DNA of 64,000 nucleotides from Lentisphaerales bacterium (GCA_030622955.1 JAUXFM010000001.1:4185-68184); one strand, 5' to 3'. Counted from the stretch's first letter, positions 42,686-53,525 are shown. The notes: generated from the letters alone by a model not told the origin. Program-made: numbers and translations.

Positions 42686-43538
42686 TACAATTCAATCGAT
42701 CGGGCTGGTAGCCTGCATCGAGATCCTTGTGCTTACCGTTATCTTCTACTACCTGTTCCTTTTCTTTCGCGGGACACGTGGTGCACATGTTCTTGTCGGC
42801 CTGACATTGCTGATCATAATTCTTATCGGTGTGACACAGGTCTTCCACCTGGATGCACTGAACTGGGTCCTGCGCAGCTTGTCTGTATACTTGGCCGTTG
42901 CGCTTCTTGTCATCTTCCAGCCGGAGATTCGGCGCGCACTTGCGGAATTGGGCAAGCAACATGTTTTTGCTTCTACCGCAGGAAAGCATTCGCTGGTCGA
43001 CCAGGTCCTGCACGCTGTCAAATTCCTGGCCGATAGAAAGGTCGGGGCACTGATCGGTATCGAGGGAGAAATAGGCACCAGAGCGATCCAGGAAACGGGG
43101 ATTCGCATGGACACGAAAGTCATTCCCGAACTGCTCGCCAGCATGTTCTTTCCACACACGCCATTGCATGACGGCGGAGTAATCATCAGAAACAACAGGA
43201 TCGTGGCTGCAGGTTGTCTCTTCCCGCTCTCCCAGCGCACCGAGCTGAGCAAAACGCTCGGCACAAGACACCGGGCCGGCATAGGACTCACAGAGGAAAC
43301 GGATGCCGTGGTGATCATAGTATCTGAAGAAAGCGGCACAATATCCGTCGCCTATCGTGGACGGCTAATCCGTGATCTTGATGGCAGCCGATTGCGCCGC
43401 TTCCTTTCGGCCGTGATCTCCAAGGAAAGTAAACCGGAAAGCGCATGGGAACGTGCAAAAGAACAATTGGATCTTACCCCTGAGGGGATTGCCAAGTCAG
43501 AGAAGCGTGCGGAAGAGGAGAAGCGTGATGCCGAGTAG
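42672..43538 (+). CDS. cdaA: Diadenylate cyclase CdaA (c-di-AMP synthase)
   Basis: 3 N-terminal TMs plus a DAC domain: 'DGAVIIRNNRI', 'RHRAGIGLTEETDAVVIIVSEESG'. Confidence 0.9.
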   Translation: MSWLDTIQSIGLVACIEILVLTVIFYYLFLFFRGTRGAHVLVGLTLLIIILIGVTQVFHLDALNWVLRSLSVYLAVALLVIFQPEIRRALAELGKQHVFASTAGKHSLVDQVLHAVKFLADRKVGALIGIEGEIGTRAIQETGIRMDTKVIPELLASMFFPHTPLHDGGVIIRNNRIVAAGCLFPLSQRTELSKTLGTRHRAGIGLTEETDAVVIIVSEESGTISVAYRGRLIRDLDGSRLRRFLSAVISKESKPESAWERAKEQLDLTPEGIAKSEKRAEEEKRDAE

Positions 43539-44487
43539 GCTCAAAGAAATAAGAAGGATAATCCTCAATAACAGGGAACTGAAAATACTGTCCCTCCTCC
43601 TCGCGGCGATCAGCTGGTATGCGATACGTGGCATTATAAGTAATGAGCGGGACCTGGACGATGTACCACTGGAAATCCATGCGCCGCCGGGTGTAGCCAT
43701 CATGGGCCAGGCTGTCACAGAATTAGAGATCACAGTAAGGGGCTCCCGTGAAGACATAAGCAGGCTTATTGAGCAGAAAGATGACATCAAGGCGGTCCGT
43801 GAACTCAAAACCACCGAAATATCGGGCTCCCGCGAGATGCATATCAAGCCGAAGCACATTGTCGGGGTGCCGCGTGGCATAAGAGTCATAAGGGTACGGC
43901 CCTCGGAAGTGATGGTCGAACTTGATGCAGAAGGCGAAAAGGAAGTGCCTGTTAAGGCCAAGTATGAAGGGGAACCCTATGAGGCCCAGGTCGAAGCGGC
44001 TATCTGTGAACCCAAGACGGTCACAATATGGGGGCCTGTCAGGCGTCTTGAAAAAATGCCCTGGGTATTCACCGAAACCATTGATGTCGAAGGGCGAGGC
44101 AGCTCCTTTGAGAAGCGCGCCAAGATCGACACCCCATCCGATTCCGGCGTATCCCATGTGAAACCACAGGAAGTGACCGTAAGTGTCACAATCGTCAGAA
44201 AATCGACGAACAGGGAATGGAAGGAAATGCCGGTTACCGCGTTGCTGCCATCCGGCTCCGAATCACAAGTGTTCATCAAGCCAGCCGTTGTGAATGTCTC
44301 CCTCATGGGCCCGGCGTCGGCACTGGAAAACATAGGTGATGATTCGCTCAGGGCCTTTGTTGACTGCTCGCAACTGGCCATTCCGGGCGAATACGACCTG
44401 CCCGTAAAGGTCCACGTCCCGACCGCCATGGGCGTGGATGCAGCAGTAGAACCTGAAACCGTCAAGATTACCCTGAAGGCACCGTAG
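43525..44487 (+). CDS. cdaR: CdaA regulatory protein CdaR (YbbR-like domains)
   Basis: An N-terminal TM is followed by repeated YbbR beta-domains. It overlaps cdaA by 14 bp. Confidence 0.8.
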   Translation: MMPSRLKEIRRIILNNRELKILSLLLAAISWYAIRGIISNERDLDDVPLEIHAPPGVAIMGQAVTELEITVRGSREDISRLIEQKDDIKAVRELKTTEISGSREMHIKPKHIVGVPRGIRVIRVRPSEVMVELDAEGEKEVPVKAKYEGEPYEAQVEAAICEPKTVTIWGPVRRLEKMPWVFTETIDVEGRGSSFEKRAKIDTPSDSGVSHVKPQEVTVSVTIVRKSTNREWKEMPVTALLPSGSESQVFIKPAVVNVSLMGPASALENIGDDSLRAFVDCSQLAIPGEYDLPVKVHVPTAMGVDAAVEPETVKITLKAP

Positions 44488-44619
44488 TAGATTGTTGCGG
44501 TTTCCTGCAGGAGTAGCTATAGTTCACAAACCCTTGTGTCCCAATCGGGACAACAATGCCGGCACATGGAAAGGGTTCAAAGGGAACAAGCGGACGGGAT
44601 CATCTTATTTGGTTGAATC

Positions 44620-46944
44620 ATGGCTCCAAGCAAGAACTCAACAAACAAGGGATGGCTACAGGCATGGGGTATTCTGCTCATCGCGCTCTGCCTCTTTGTG
44701 ATACTCAGCCTCTTCTCCTACAATTGGAAGGATATCCGCTACCTCTGCAATCCGCCCAACTCCCCGCCATTCAACTTGATAGGCCCACTGGGAGCCTGGC
44801 TTTCCTACATACTTTTCATGACGTTCGGCATCAGCGCTTACAGCATTCCCTTTCTGCTCCTAGCGCTCGGAGTGATATTGATCGTCAAAAACGAGGACCG
44901 GGTCTGGCCGCGCATTGTCTGGGCCGCTGTCCTTCTGGTAGCCCTGGCCATGCTTCTCGATCTACGTCATACACATTGGACAGATCAATGCAGGAAACTG
45001 AACATCTTTGATCTGTCCGGCGGGTTCCTTGGCAGATTGCTGGCCGGGCAACTCCTTGTAAACGTACTGGGCCCGATCGGTACAGGAGCGCTCGCTGGCT
45101 GTGCAATTGTCGTGGCAGCCATCTTTCTTCCCGGTGTTGAGGTAATCGTCGTGGTCTACAAAAACATCGCCACGTTCTGTGTCTTCCTCTACGGGAAACT
45201 CCACTCCATGATCGATGAACACCAGGATGACCGTATGCGCCTGGAAAAAGAAGAACGCAAGGTAGAGCGACAGAGAAAGAAACTGGAACGTGCGGTCGCG
45301 AAGAAGGAGAAACCAACTCTCCAGGGTCAGCCTCCCATCGATGCGCCAGCCAAACCTGTTAAATCGGTCAAGGAATTGCTCGGGATCGGCAAAAAGAAGG
45401 CTGAAGCCAGAAAGGCCCCTAAAGCAACAGTTGCCGCACCTGAACCCACGACCGGCTTCTACAATCTTCCCCCTCTCTCCCTGCTCGATCAGGTGCCGCC
45501 ACCCAAGGATCGTGCCATCAAGAGTGACGTCAAAACCACCTCCAGGATCCTTCAGGAAACACTTGCAGAATTCGGTATTGAGGCCGAAGTCACCAATGTC
45601 GAGGGCGGCCCGGTGGTCACTCGCTACGAACTCCTGCCCGCGCCCGGCGTCCGGGTCGAAAGAATAGCGGGGCTGGGAAACAATATCGCTCTCTCGCTCA
45701 AGGCGACCAGTGTCCGTGTCCAAGCGCCCGTCCCAGGCAAGGGTGTCGTCGGCATCGAGGTGCCCAATGCCACATCGAGCATGGTATATCTCCGCGAAGT
45801 CCTCGAGAGTGAGGACTGGCAGAGCCACAAAGCACATCTCCCCCTCGCCTTGGGTAAGGATGTCGGAGGCAATGATCTTGTCGCCGATCTGGCAGCCATG
45901 CCGCACATGCTCGTTGCCGGTGCAACGGGCGCTGGAAAGACCGTCTGCATGAACTCGCTTCTTGCCGGTCTTCTCATGTCGCGTTCGCCCGGCGAACTCC
46001 GCTTGATGCTGATCGATCCCAAGATTGTCGAGTTCTCCGTCTATAACCATATCCCCCACCTCATCGCACCGGTCATAACCGACCCCAAGAAGGTTGTCTT
46101 TGGCCTGAGATGGGCAATTACTGAAATGGAGAAACGCTACAAACTTTTCGCCAAAGCTGGTGTGCGAAATATTGAAAGCTATAACAACAGGCCAGTCGAA
46201 CAGCAGACAGACCTCTTCCAGGACAATAGCCAGGAAGAACCGGGCGACTCCAAATTCCCTGCCAAGGTCCCTTACATAGTCATCGTCATCGACGAACTGG
46301 CAGACCTGATGCTCGTTGCTCAGGCCGATATCGAAAATTCTATCGCACGTCTAGCCCAGCTTTCCAGGGCCGTGGGAATTCATATGATCATCTCCACGCA
46401 ACGTCCTTCGGTAAATGTGATCACCGGCACCATCAAGGCGAACTTCCCCGCCCGCATCGCTTTCCAAGTGGCCCAGAAAGTTGACAGTCGCACGATCCTC
46501 GATGCCAACGGTGCAGAGAAACTGCTCGGCCGTGGCGACATGCTTTTTCAGCCGCCGGGCACGAGCAAACTCATCAGAGCGCAGGGCGCAATGTGTACTG
46601 ATGCCGAAATCAAGAGGGTCGTGGATTTCGTCAAAGAGCAGGCACAGCCCGCCTACGAAATCGAGGTCAAGCAGAAGATCGAGAGCAAGGGTCAGCCGAT
46701 GGACGACGAGTATGAGGATGAGGACATACTGGTCAAGGCAACCGAGATCATCCGCGAAACCCAACGAGCTTCGACATCTTCACTACAGCGCAGATTAAGA
46801 ATAGGCTATACGAGGGCGGCACGTGTGATGGATATCCTGGAAGAACGTGGCATTGTCGGCCCGCCGCGCGGATCCGAGCCACGTGAAATCCTTATTGATT
46901 TGGACTCTCAGATTCCGGATAATCCTGAATCGGTGGAGGAATAG
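44620..46944 (+). CDS. ftsK: DNA translocase FtsK/SpoIIIE
   Basis: 4 N-terminal TMs, a linker, Walker A 'GATGAGKTV', and a C-terminal gamma wHTH. Confidence 0.95.
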   Translation: MAPSKNSTNKGWLQAWGILLIALCLFVILSLFSYNWKDIRYLCNPPNSPPFNLIGPLGAWLSYILFMTFGISAYSIPFLLLALGVILIVKNEDRVWPRIVWAAVLLVALAMLLDLRHTHWTDQCRKLNIFDLSGGFLGRLLAGQLLVNVLGPIGTGALAGCAIVVAAIFLPGVEVIVVVYKNIATFCVFLYGKLHSMIDEHQDDRMRLEKEERKVERQRKKLERAVAKKEKPTLQGQPPIDAPAKPVKSVKELLGIGKKKAEARKAPKATVAAPEPTTGFYNLPPLSLLDQVPPPKDRAIKSDVKTTSRILQETLAEFGIEAEVTNVEGGPVVTRYELLPAPGVRVERIAGLGNNIALSLKATSVRVQAPVPGKGVVGIEVPNATSSMVYLREVLESEDWQSHKAHLPLALGKDVGGNDLVADLAAMPHMLVAGATGAGKTVCMNSLLAGLLMSRSPGELRLMLIDPKIVEFSVYNHIPHLIAPVITDPKKVVFGLRWAITEMEKRYKLFAKAGVRNIESYNNRPVEQQTDLFQDNSQEEPGDSKFPAKVPYIVIVIDELADLMLVAQADIENSIARLAQLSRAVGIHMIISTQRPSVNVITGTIKANFPARIAFQVAQKVDSRTILDANGAEKLLGRGDMLFQPPGTSKLIRAQGAMCTDAEIKRVVDFVKEQAQPAYEIEVKQKIESKGQPMDDEYEDEDILVKATEIIRETQRASTSSLQRRLRIGYTRAARVMDILEERGIVGPPRGSEPREILIDLDSQIPDNPESVEE

Positions 46945-46950
46945 GAATCC

Positions 46951-47580
46951 ATGGCCAGCTTGGGCGAAATACTACGCAGTCAGCGGACGGAACAGCAACG
47001 CACAATCTCGGAAGTCACTGCCGCCACCCATATGAAATCGGAAATCGTCGAGGCCCTTGAGCATGACGATTACCGCGCCATCCCCGCACCAATCTACGGG
47101 AAAGGTTTCGTCAGGCTCTACGCGGAGTATCTCGGCCTGGACCCGGAACCACTTATCACGATCTACATGCAGGGCGTGACAAGCGCCAAGCGGCCGTCAC
47201 TGCGTGCCGAAATGGGTTCTTTCAACGCACCACACGCGGAACCAGCGGCGCTGGAGCCGGTTCCCGAAGGCACGATCCCAAGAAAGCCGCGCAGCGAAAG
47301 CGCAGCCCTCAAATGGGTCCGGGAAACACTGCTCCCTTCTCTCTCGGAGTTAATCGCCAATCTACAGTTGAGAGAACGCTATGGCAGACTCTGCGAGTCG
47401 GGCAACCTTCCCAGGTGTATAGGCATCACGATCGGAGCACTGATTATCGTCCTGCTTCTCATGTCCACGATGAGTCAATGCGGCAAGCAACGTGAACGGA
47501 ATGAGACGGCGAAAACCGAGACGGAACCACGCGACCAAGTGACCTTCTCACGGCTACCGCCTGAGCCATACCTCGATTGA
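46951..47580 (+). CDS. RodZ-like HTH (XRE-type) membrane protein
   Basis: 'AIPAPIYGKGFVRLYAEYLGLD' is the RodZ N-domain, with one TM near the C-terminus. Confidence 0.6.
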   Translation: MASLGEILRSQRTEQQRTISEVTAATHMKSEIVEALEHDDYRAIPAPIYGKGFVRLYAEYLGLDPEPLITIYMQGVTSAKRPSLRAEMGSFNAPHAEPAALEPVPEGTIPRKPRSESAALKWVRETLLPSLSELIANLQLRERYGRLCESGNLPRCIGITIGALIIVLLLMSTMSQCGKQRERNETAKTETEPRDQVTFSRLPPEPYLD

Positions 47581-47668
47581 CTGTCCGGCAAGCCGATCAG
47601 CTGCAGCACGAGAATCCGAAATCCCTATGTAGAACAAGTCGAGGGCAGGCTGACAGACAGCAGAATAT

Positions 47669-49069
47669 ATGAGCACTGAACCTGATCATGCAGAACAACC
47701 TTTCACGGTTGGATTCATCAGCCTGGGCTGTGCCAAGAACCTGGTCGACTCAGAAACCATGGCGGGCAAGTTACTCGATGAACAGATCCTGCTGGCACAT
47801 GATCCTGAAGAGGCCGACATCATCATCATCAACACCTGTTCATTCATAAACGATGCGCGCGAGGAGTCAATAGAGATCATCCTCCAGACATGTGAACTGA
47901 AGAAAAACGGGCGCTGCCGCGCCATCATAGTAGCCGGCTGCATGCCGCAGCGCTACGAGCACGAACTAGAGATCAACCTGCCTGAAGTCGATGCGTTCAT
48001 CGGACTTGATGAACTTGAAAACGTCCCGGATATCGTAAGACGCCTTCAAAACGGCGAAAAGAACATATTCCAGGTCTCCAAGGCGCCAACGAAGCTCTAC
48101 GAGCCGGGCGAGACCAGGATGCTCTTCACCGGTGGACCCTATGCTTACGTGAAGATAGGCGACGGATGCAACCATCGTTGCGCGTTCTGCGCGATCCCTG
48201 CCATCCGTGGCCACCGTAGATCCCGAAGCATCAAGAACATTGTCGGCGAAGTGGAGCATCTCCTGGAAAATGGTGTGAGTGAGCTCAACTTGGTAAGCCA
48301 GGACGTCACATCTTATGGCAAGGATCGGCATGATGGCGCGGAGCTCTGCATTCTGCTAAAGGAACTCGCTTCTATCGGAGGAGAATTCTGGATCCGGCTC
48401 CTTTACGCTTTCCCTTCCCTCGTGACAGACGAACTCCTGGCAGTCATGGGGGAGACGGATGCGATCTGCAACTACCTGGATGTCCCTGTCCAACATTCTC
48501 ATCCCGAAATCCTTGCCACTATGCGGCGGGCCGGTACGACATCCTCTGTCCGTTCACTACCTCAACATGCGCGAACGATTGTGCCCGGCATCACGCTGCG
48601 CACCACTTGTCTTGTCGGTTTCCCCGGAGAGACGGATGAGCATTTCCAGCACCTTGCCTCCTATGCGAGGACGGCTCAATTTGATCATCTTGGGGTATTC
48701 ACCTACTCCTCCGAAGACGGCACCGCTGCAGCAGATCTCCCGCACCAAGTGAATTCCGCCCTGGCCGAGGAACGGCGCAGAAGACTTCTCTCGGCACAGC
48801 GTGATCTGCTCTTGGAGAAAAACGGCGAACTCATTGGTCAAGATGACAAGATTCTGCTAGAAATGCCGTCATCTGACAACGCTGGAGAATGGATTGCGCG
48901 GTCAAGACGCCAGGCGCCAGAAATTGATGGCGAGGTCATCGTGAGCAAGGTGCCTGCTGAATATAGAGCCGGTGCATTCGTCACGGTCACTTATACAGCC
49001 ATGGCGGAGTATGATATGCGCGCGGAATTCGCCAGCCTGCGCTCCGAAGGAGATGACAATGGCTCATGA
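47669..49069 (+). CDS. rimO: Ribosomal protein S12 methylthiotransferase RimO
   Basis: MTTase N-domain 'FISLGCAKNLVDSE', radical SAM 'CNHRCAFC', and a TRAM domain. Confidence 0.9.
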   Translation: MSTEPDHAEQPFTVGFISLGCAKNLVDSETMAGKLLDEQILLAHDPEEADIIIINTCSFINDAREESIEIILQTCELKKNGRCRAIIVAGCMPQRYEHELEINLPEVDAFIGLDELENVPDIVRRLQNGEKNIFQVSKAPTKLYEPGETRMLFTGGPYAYVKIGDGCNHRCAFCAIPAIRGHRRSRSIKNIVGEVEHLLENGVSELNLVSQDVTSYGKDRHDGAELCILLKELASIGGEFWIRLLYAFPSLVTDELLAVMGETDAICNYLDVPVQHSHPEILATMRRAGTTSSVRSLPQHARTIVPGITLRTTCLVGFPGETDEHFQHLASYARTAQFDHLGVFTYSSEDGTAAADLPHQVNSALAEERRRRLLSAQRDLLLEKNGELIGQDDKILLEMPSSDNAGEWIARSRRQAPEIDGEVIVSKVPAEYRAGAFVTVTYTAMAEYDMRAEFASLRSEGDDNGS

Positions 49070-49613
49070 CTGGGACATAAAATCACGCAGCAGTGCCTGC
49101 CACAGCTGCGAGGAACTATTCCTGGATCAGCAGGAATGCGTGTCCCGCCTTACCTTCACCGAAGAGGGCTACATGAGAAATGACTACTGTTCCAAATGCT
49201 GGGAAGGACAGGACCATGAACAGATGTTCACCAGCTTCTGGCAGGGCATTTTCAAGGCACCACCGGCAAAACCCGAAGAGGCCGTGAAGAAGGAAACCGC
49301 CGAAACTCTCCTTCGCTCCCTCATGGAAAAGAAAGATCCTGCCAACGGTAATGCCATATATATTCTCGCCGTTATGCTCGAACGCAAGCGGCTGCTGGCC
49401 GAACGTTCTATAAGGAAGAACAAGGATGGCACGCTAATCCGGGTTTACGAGCACAAGAAAACAGGCGAGACATTCCTTATCCCCGACCCCCAGCTCAAGC
49501 TCGACCAGCTCGAAGATGTCCAGGAAGAAGTCGTCATCATGCTCGGCGGCAAGCCGCCTGAAGAGCCCCAACCGGAAGGCGAAGACGAGGAAAACGAGGA
49601 TGGAGACGACTGA
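49059..49613 (+). CDS. Hypothetical Cys-rich protein (putative zinc ribbon) with acidic C-terminal tail
   Basis: 'CHSCEE...CSKCWEG' CxxC...CxxC. It overlaps the rimO stop by 11 bp. The tail is 'EEPQPEGEDEENEDGDD'. Confidence 0.45.
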   Translation: MAHDWDIKSRSSACHSCEELFLDQQECVSRLTFTEEGYMRNDYCSKCWEGQDHEQMFTSFWQGIFKAPPAKPEEAVKKETAETLLRSLMEKKDPANGNAIYILAVMLERKRLLAERSIRKNKDGTLIRVYEHKKTGETFLIPDPQLKLDQLEDVQEEVVIMLGGKPPEEPQPEGEDEENEDGDD

Positions 49614-49692
49614 TCAGTTATCCCTGGCCGCAAGGTTCGAGCTCGGCCAGCAGTCATCAGTGTTGAGATTTTTCGATCAACGAATCAACTAA

Positions 49693-51279
49693 TTGACCAT
49701 TCTCCGAACAATGCTCGATGTTAAGATAATGAGCGGTGAGATTCTTGACGGGCTGGGCGGCCCGGCACGCAGGGCTGATATCGGCATCACCGACGACCGC
49801 ATAACAGATATCGGCGACCTCTCCACAGCAGAAGCCACAAGCACGATCGACGCAAAAGGAAAATACATTGCCCCGGGTTTCATCGATGCACATTCGCATT
49901 CTGATGCCTATCTCCTGATCGAACCCTCTGCCCAAAGCAAGATCCACCAGGGCATCACAACAGAAATCGTGGGCAACTGCGGCGCATCCGCCGCTCCGCT
50001 GACAGGCGCATACAAGCTACCATCCGACTGGCGCGACAAGACATTCCCCGCAGAATGGAGTACTGTCGCAGAATACAGATCGGTCTTCGAGCAAGTCAAA
50101 CCCGCCATTAATGCCGCAATGCTGATCGGCCACAATACGCTGCGTGCGGGAGTCGTTGGATATGATGATCGCGCCGCAACCCGAGAAGAAATGGAAAGAA
50201 TGAAAACGCTTCTCGAGCAAGCGCTTGAAGAAGGTGGCCGGGGACTGAGCACGGGGCTTATCTATGCGCCAGGTATGTTCGCTCCGACTGAGGAGATTAT
50301 CGAATTGGCTACTGTCGCCGCGGGTTGCAGCGGAATCTACAGCTCACATATGAGAAACGAAGGTAGCGAGCTTCTCGCTGCGATCACTGAAGCAATCTCC
50401 ATAGGCAGGAACACTGGAATCAGGGTCCAGATCTCCCACCTCAAGGCTGCAGGTAAGAACAACTGGAATAAGCTCGATGAGGCCATTGCACTTGTTGAAG
50501 AAGCACGTGATGAAGGATTGACGATCTTCGCGGATCGCTACCCCTATACTGCCGGCTGCACTGACCTAGATGTCATCTTTCCGAATTGGGCCGCTGAGGG
50601 AGGAGCAGATGCCATCCTTGTGCGGCTTGCCGACAAACAGCAACGCAAGCGGTTGCACAAAGACCTACTAAAAACTCGTTCGGAGCGGGATTGGGACTGC
50701 ATCATGATCAGTTCAACAGAACATCCCGACAATCTCGAGTTCCAGGGCAGGAAATTGACAGACGTTGCTTCCGAACTCAACACTGACCCAGTTGATGCTG
50801 CTCTTCGCCTGGTCGAAAAGGATCGCCTCAAGACACAGGCTTTCTTCTTTGGCCTAAGCGAAGAGAACCAATGGCATGTGCTCGGACTGCCCTGGGTCAT
50901 GCTGGGAACCGATGCATCGCTCCGAGCTAATACTGGGCAATTAAGCAAGGACTATCCGCACCCGAGGGCATTCGGTTCATTCCCGCTCTTCCTGAAAGCA
51001 TCTCTTGACGGCAGGACGGTTCCGCTACCGGAGGCCATCAAGAAAATGACAAGCCTGGCCGCGCAGCAATTCGATCTACCAGACAGAGGCAGTCTTGAAA
51101 TCGGCAAAGTTGCAGACATAGTGATCTTCAACCCAAAGCACGTTGAAGCAACCGCTTCCTATGCACGACCGCGCGAACTTGCCAAGGGAATCGATGAAGT
51201 CATCGTCAACGGAATCGTTACGATCAAATCCGGCAGGCCCACCGGTTCGTACGCCGGCCGCTTCCTCGCACAAAACTGA
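49693..51279 (+). CDS. N-acyl-D-amino-acid deacylase (D-aminoacylase) family amidohydrolase
   Basis: 'GFIDAHSHSD' metal-binding HxH and an amidohydrolase fold, 528 aa. Confidence 0.8.
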   Translation: MTILRTMLDVKIMSGEILDGLGGPARRADIGITDDRITDIGDLSTAEATSTIDAKGKYIAPGFIDAHSHSDAYLLIEPSAQSKIHQGITTEIVGNCGASAAPLTGAYKLPSDWRDKTFPAEWSTVAEYRSVFEQVKPAINAAMLIGHNTLRAGVVGYDDRAATREEMERMKTLLEQALEEGGRGLSTGLIYAPGMFAPTEEIIELATVAAGCSGIYSSHMRNEGSELLAAITEAISIGRNTGIRVQISHLKAAGKNNWNKLDEAIALVEEARDEGLTIFADRYPYTAGCTDLDVIFPNWAAEGGADAILVRLADKQQRKRLHKDLLKTRSERDWDCIMISSTEHPDNLEFQGRKLTDVASELNTDPVDAALRLVEKDRLKTQAFFFGLSEENQWHVLGLPWVMLGTDASLRANTGQLSKDYPHPRAFGSFPLFLKASLDGRTVPLPEAIKKMTSLAAQQFDLPDRGSLEIGKVADIVIFNPKHVEATASYARPRELAKGIDEVIVNGIVTIKSGRPTGSYAGRFLAQN

Positions 51280-51545
51280 TTTCATCCCGCTACTCCCAAG
51301 AGCAATGCGCATGTGAATGTTCGCCTGATTGCTATGCCGCTCCAGGACCGTACGATCCGCCTTAGCCCTATCTCAATGGATGCTGCAAGGATCTGTTCGC
51401 TAAATCTGGGCAACATGTCGCAAACAATTCAGTCTTGTGCATTTTCCGAACAGGCACAAATACATACACGCCATATATGCTTGTAGAGCTATCCCTCTGG
51501 AGTTAATGTCTTTGGCTTACCAACCACATTTCGCAGGAGGGAACC

Positions 51546-53525
51546 ATGCGAGCAAAAGACTGTCTACTGTTATCCCTGATTCTAGCCACTGCCCTCGTCG
51601 TCACAGCACAGGAAGACGATGTCGTTGTTACGGCAACACGAATGCCGAGAATGCGTTCCAAGGTTCCTGCCTCCGTCACAATGATCGACAGCAAGAAGCT
51701 GAAGACGCTGCCAGCCAGGAATCTTGACGATCTGCTTCAGTCGGAAAGCGGTGTATTCGTTCTACGCACAACAGGCATGGGCGGAGGACTTCCCTCCCAG
51801 ATAAACTTCCGCGGTATTCCGGGTCAGCACAGCACACTGCTACTCATCGACAATATGCCGCTAAACGAAGGCATATCGGGTTACCTCGGAATAAATGAAC
51901 TCCCCCTCAATGCAATCGACCACATCGAGGTCGTACGTGGTCCCTTCTCCAACCTTTACGGAACCGACGCCTTTGGCGGCGTCATTCATGCCTTCACTCC
52001 TTCTCCTGAAAACCTGCCGAATGTGAGCGCCTCCTACGAGCTTGGTAACGAAGACCTGAGGGCTGTTTCATTCCAGTGCAGTGCAGGGACGGAGAAGCTC
52101 GGCATCATCATCGATGCCGATAAACGTGATACGGACAACTACCTTGGCCGCGACGACGTAACAAAACGTTTCTGGATTGCAGAGCAGGGCCAGTTCATTG
52201 AAGTTGAAACAGCGGCAGATAACTACGACTACGAAGAGGAGCGTCTCTTTCTTAAAGCCGTCATGCAGGCCGGTTCCGCTCATAAGATCGCGCTACAAGG
52301 CAGATACCTGAAGAGTGAGCTTGGCTATGGGATTACGAGTCTTTTTCCGTTGATACCCGTATCCGCCGAGGATTCGATGCAAATAGAGACCGGCATGGGT
52401 GGCCTCGAATGGCAGTTCAAGGCAAACAACAAGGTCAGCACGGTAATGCGCGCGTATTATCGAGAACAGAGCCGCGAAACAATCGGTCTCGACATGGCTC
52501 GACTCATGCCCAGTATCTCCAGGGCCGAGAATGAGGATTGGAAGATTGAGGGCGCCATCGAACTTACCACCGACGCAGGACACACCATCTATGTTGCTGC
52601 AGATTTCTGGCAGGATGATGCAGATTTCTCACCACCAATGAATCCTGTTACCGCCGCACCCTTCCTCATGACGGCAGGCCGCGAGGTCGATGCCGACAAC
52701 CTTGGCGTCTATCTCCAGGATGAGATTCCGCTTGGGGATAGCTGTACAGTTGTAGCAGGTGTTCGGATCGACGAGCATTCAACTTTCGGATCAGCGGTCT
52801 CTCCCAAGGTTGGATTGTCATTTGACGTGAACGATCAGCTTGTCGTCCGGACATCGTTGGGTCGTGCATTCCGCGCCCCTTCCCTGCTTGAGCTGTATCA
52901 GCCTGATGTTGTCTTCGGAAACATAACCTTCTCCGCCAATCCTGAACTGAACCCCGAATACGTTGTGTCTGCAGATATCGGCATTGATTACATGCCGGCT
53001 GACAATCTCACCTTGCGTGCAGATGTTTTCGGTAATGATATGGCTGACCTGATCGGGAAGCGCGTTGAAGGCGCTTCGCTCTCGTTCGACAATGTGACCG
53101 ACGCATGGTCGGCAGGTTTAGAGTTTGGAGCCGATTGGCAGGCCAATGATGCAATCGCCATAAACGCTGACGCAACCTGGCAGCAGACGGAAGACCAGGA
53201 GACGGACATGGACCTCGAACACATGCCCGAGCTGATGCTTGGCCTTGGTCTACATGCGAAGAAGCAGGTCAAGAACGTCCAATTGAGCTGCTCCTTAACC
53301 GAGACTTACGTTGGAGAACGTGGTTACGTAGATTTTGCCAGTGGCGTCTGGGTGGAAATGGACGATTATTGGAGAGCGGATGTCGCAATCAAGGGGTCCA
53401 TGGGTAATACCTCATGGATCGGTGTATCGGTCGAAAACTTGTTCGACGAACTCTACCAGGAATCGCCCCTGATGGTACATGCGCCAGGCAGGCTCTATTC
53501 AGTCACGGTCGGCATTGAATATTAA
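51546..53525 (+). CDS. TonB-dependent outer-membrane receptor
   Basis: Signal peptide, TonB box 'DDVVVTATR', plug domain, and a 22-strand barrel. Confidence 0.85.
   Translation: MRAKDCLLLSLILATALVVTAQEDDVVVTATRMPRMRSKVPASVTMIDSKKLKTLPARNLDDLLQSESGVFVLRTTGMGGGLPSQINFRGIPGQHSTLLLIDNMPLNEGISGYLGINELPLNAIDHIEVVRGPFSNLYGTDAFGGVIHAFTPSPENLPNVSASYELGNEDLRAVSFQCSAGTEKLGIIIDADKRDTDNYLGRDDVTKRFWIAEQGQFIEVETAADNYDYEEERLFLKAVMQAGSAHKIALQGRYLKSELGYGITSLFPLIPVSAEDSMQIETGMGGLEWQFKANNKVSTVMRAYYREQSRETIGLDMARLMPSISRAENEDWKIEGAIELTTDAGHTIYVAADFWQDDADFSPPMNPVTAAPFLMTAGREVDADNLGVYLQDEIPLGDSCTVVAGVRIDEHSTFGSAVSPKVGLSFDVNDQLVVRTSLGRAFRAPSLLELYQPDVVFGNITFSANPELNPEYVVSADIGIDYMPADNLTLRADVFGNDMADLIGKRVEGASLSFDNVTDAWSAGLEFGADWQANDAIAINADATWQQTEDQETDMDLEHMPELMLGLGLHAKKQVKNVQLSCSLTETYVGERGYVDFASGVWVEMDDYWRADVAIKGSMGNTSWIGVSVENLFDELYQESPLMVHAPGRLYSVTVGIEY

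Noticed and set aside
49624-49673. Hairpin CTGGCCG(13 nt)CGGCCAG after the rimO/Cys-rich gene pair, with a T5 run at 49669-49673
   Set aside because: The T-run is ~19 nt from the stem, too far for a canonical intrinsic terminator. I kept it only as a weak possibility.
51280-51545. Possible cobalamin riboswitch upstream of the TonB-dependent receptor, or (8239-8672) upstream of the B12-binding radical SAM gene
   Set aside because: No B12-box (GCCACTG or its complement) or recognisable riboswitch core was seen in either leader.
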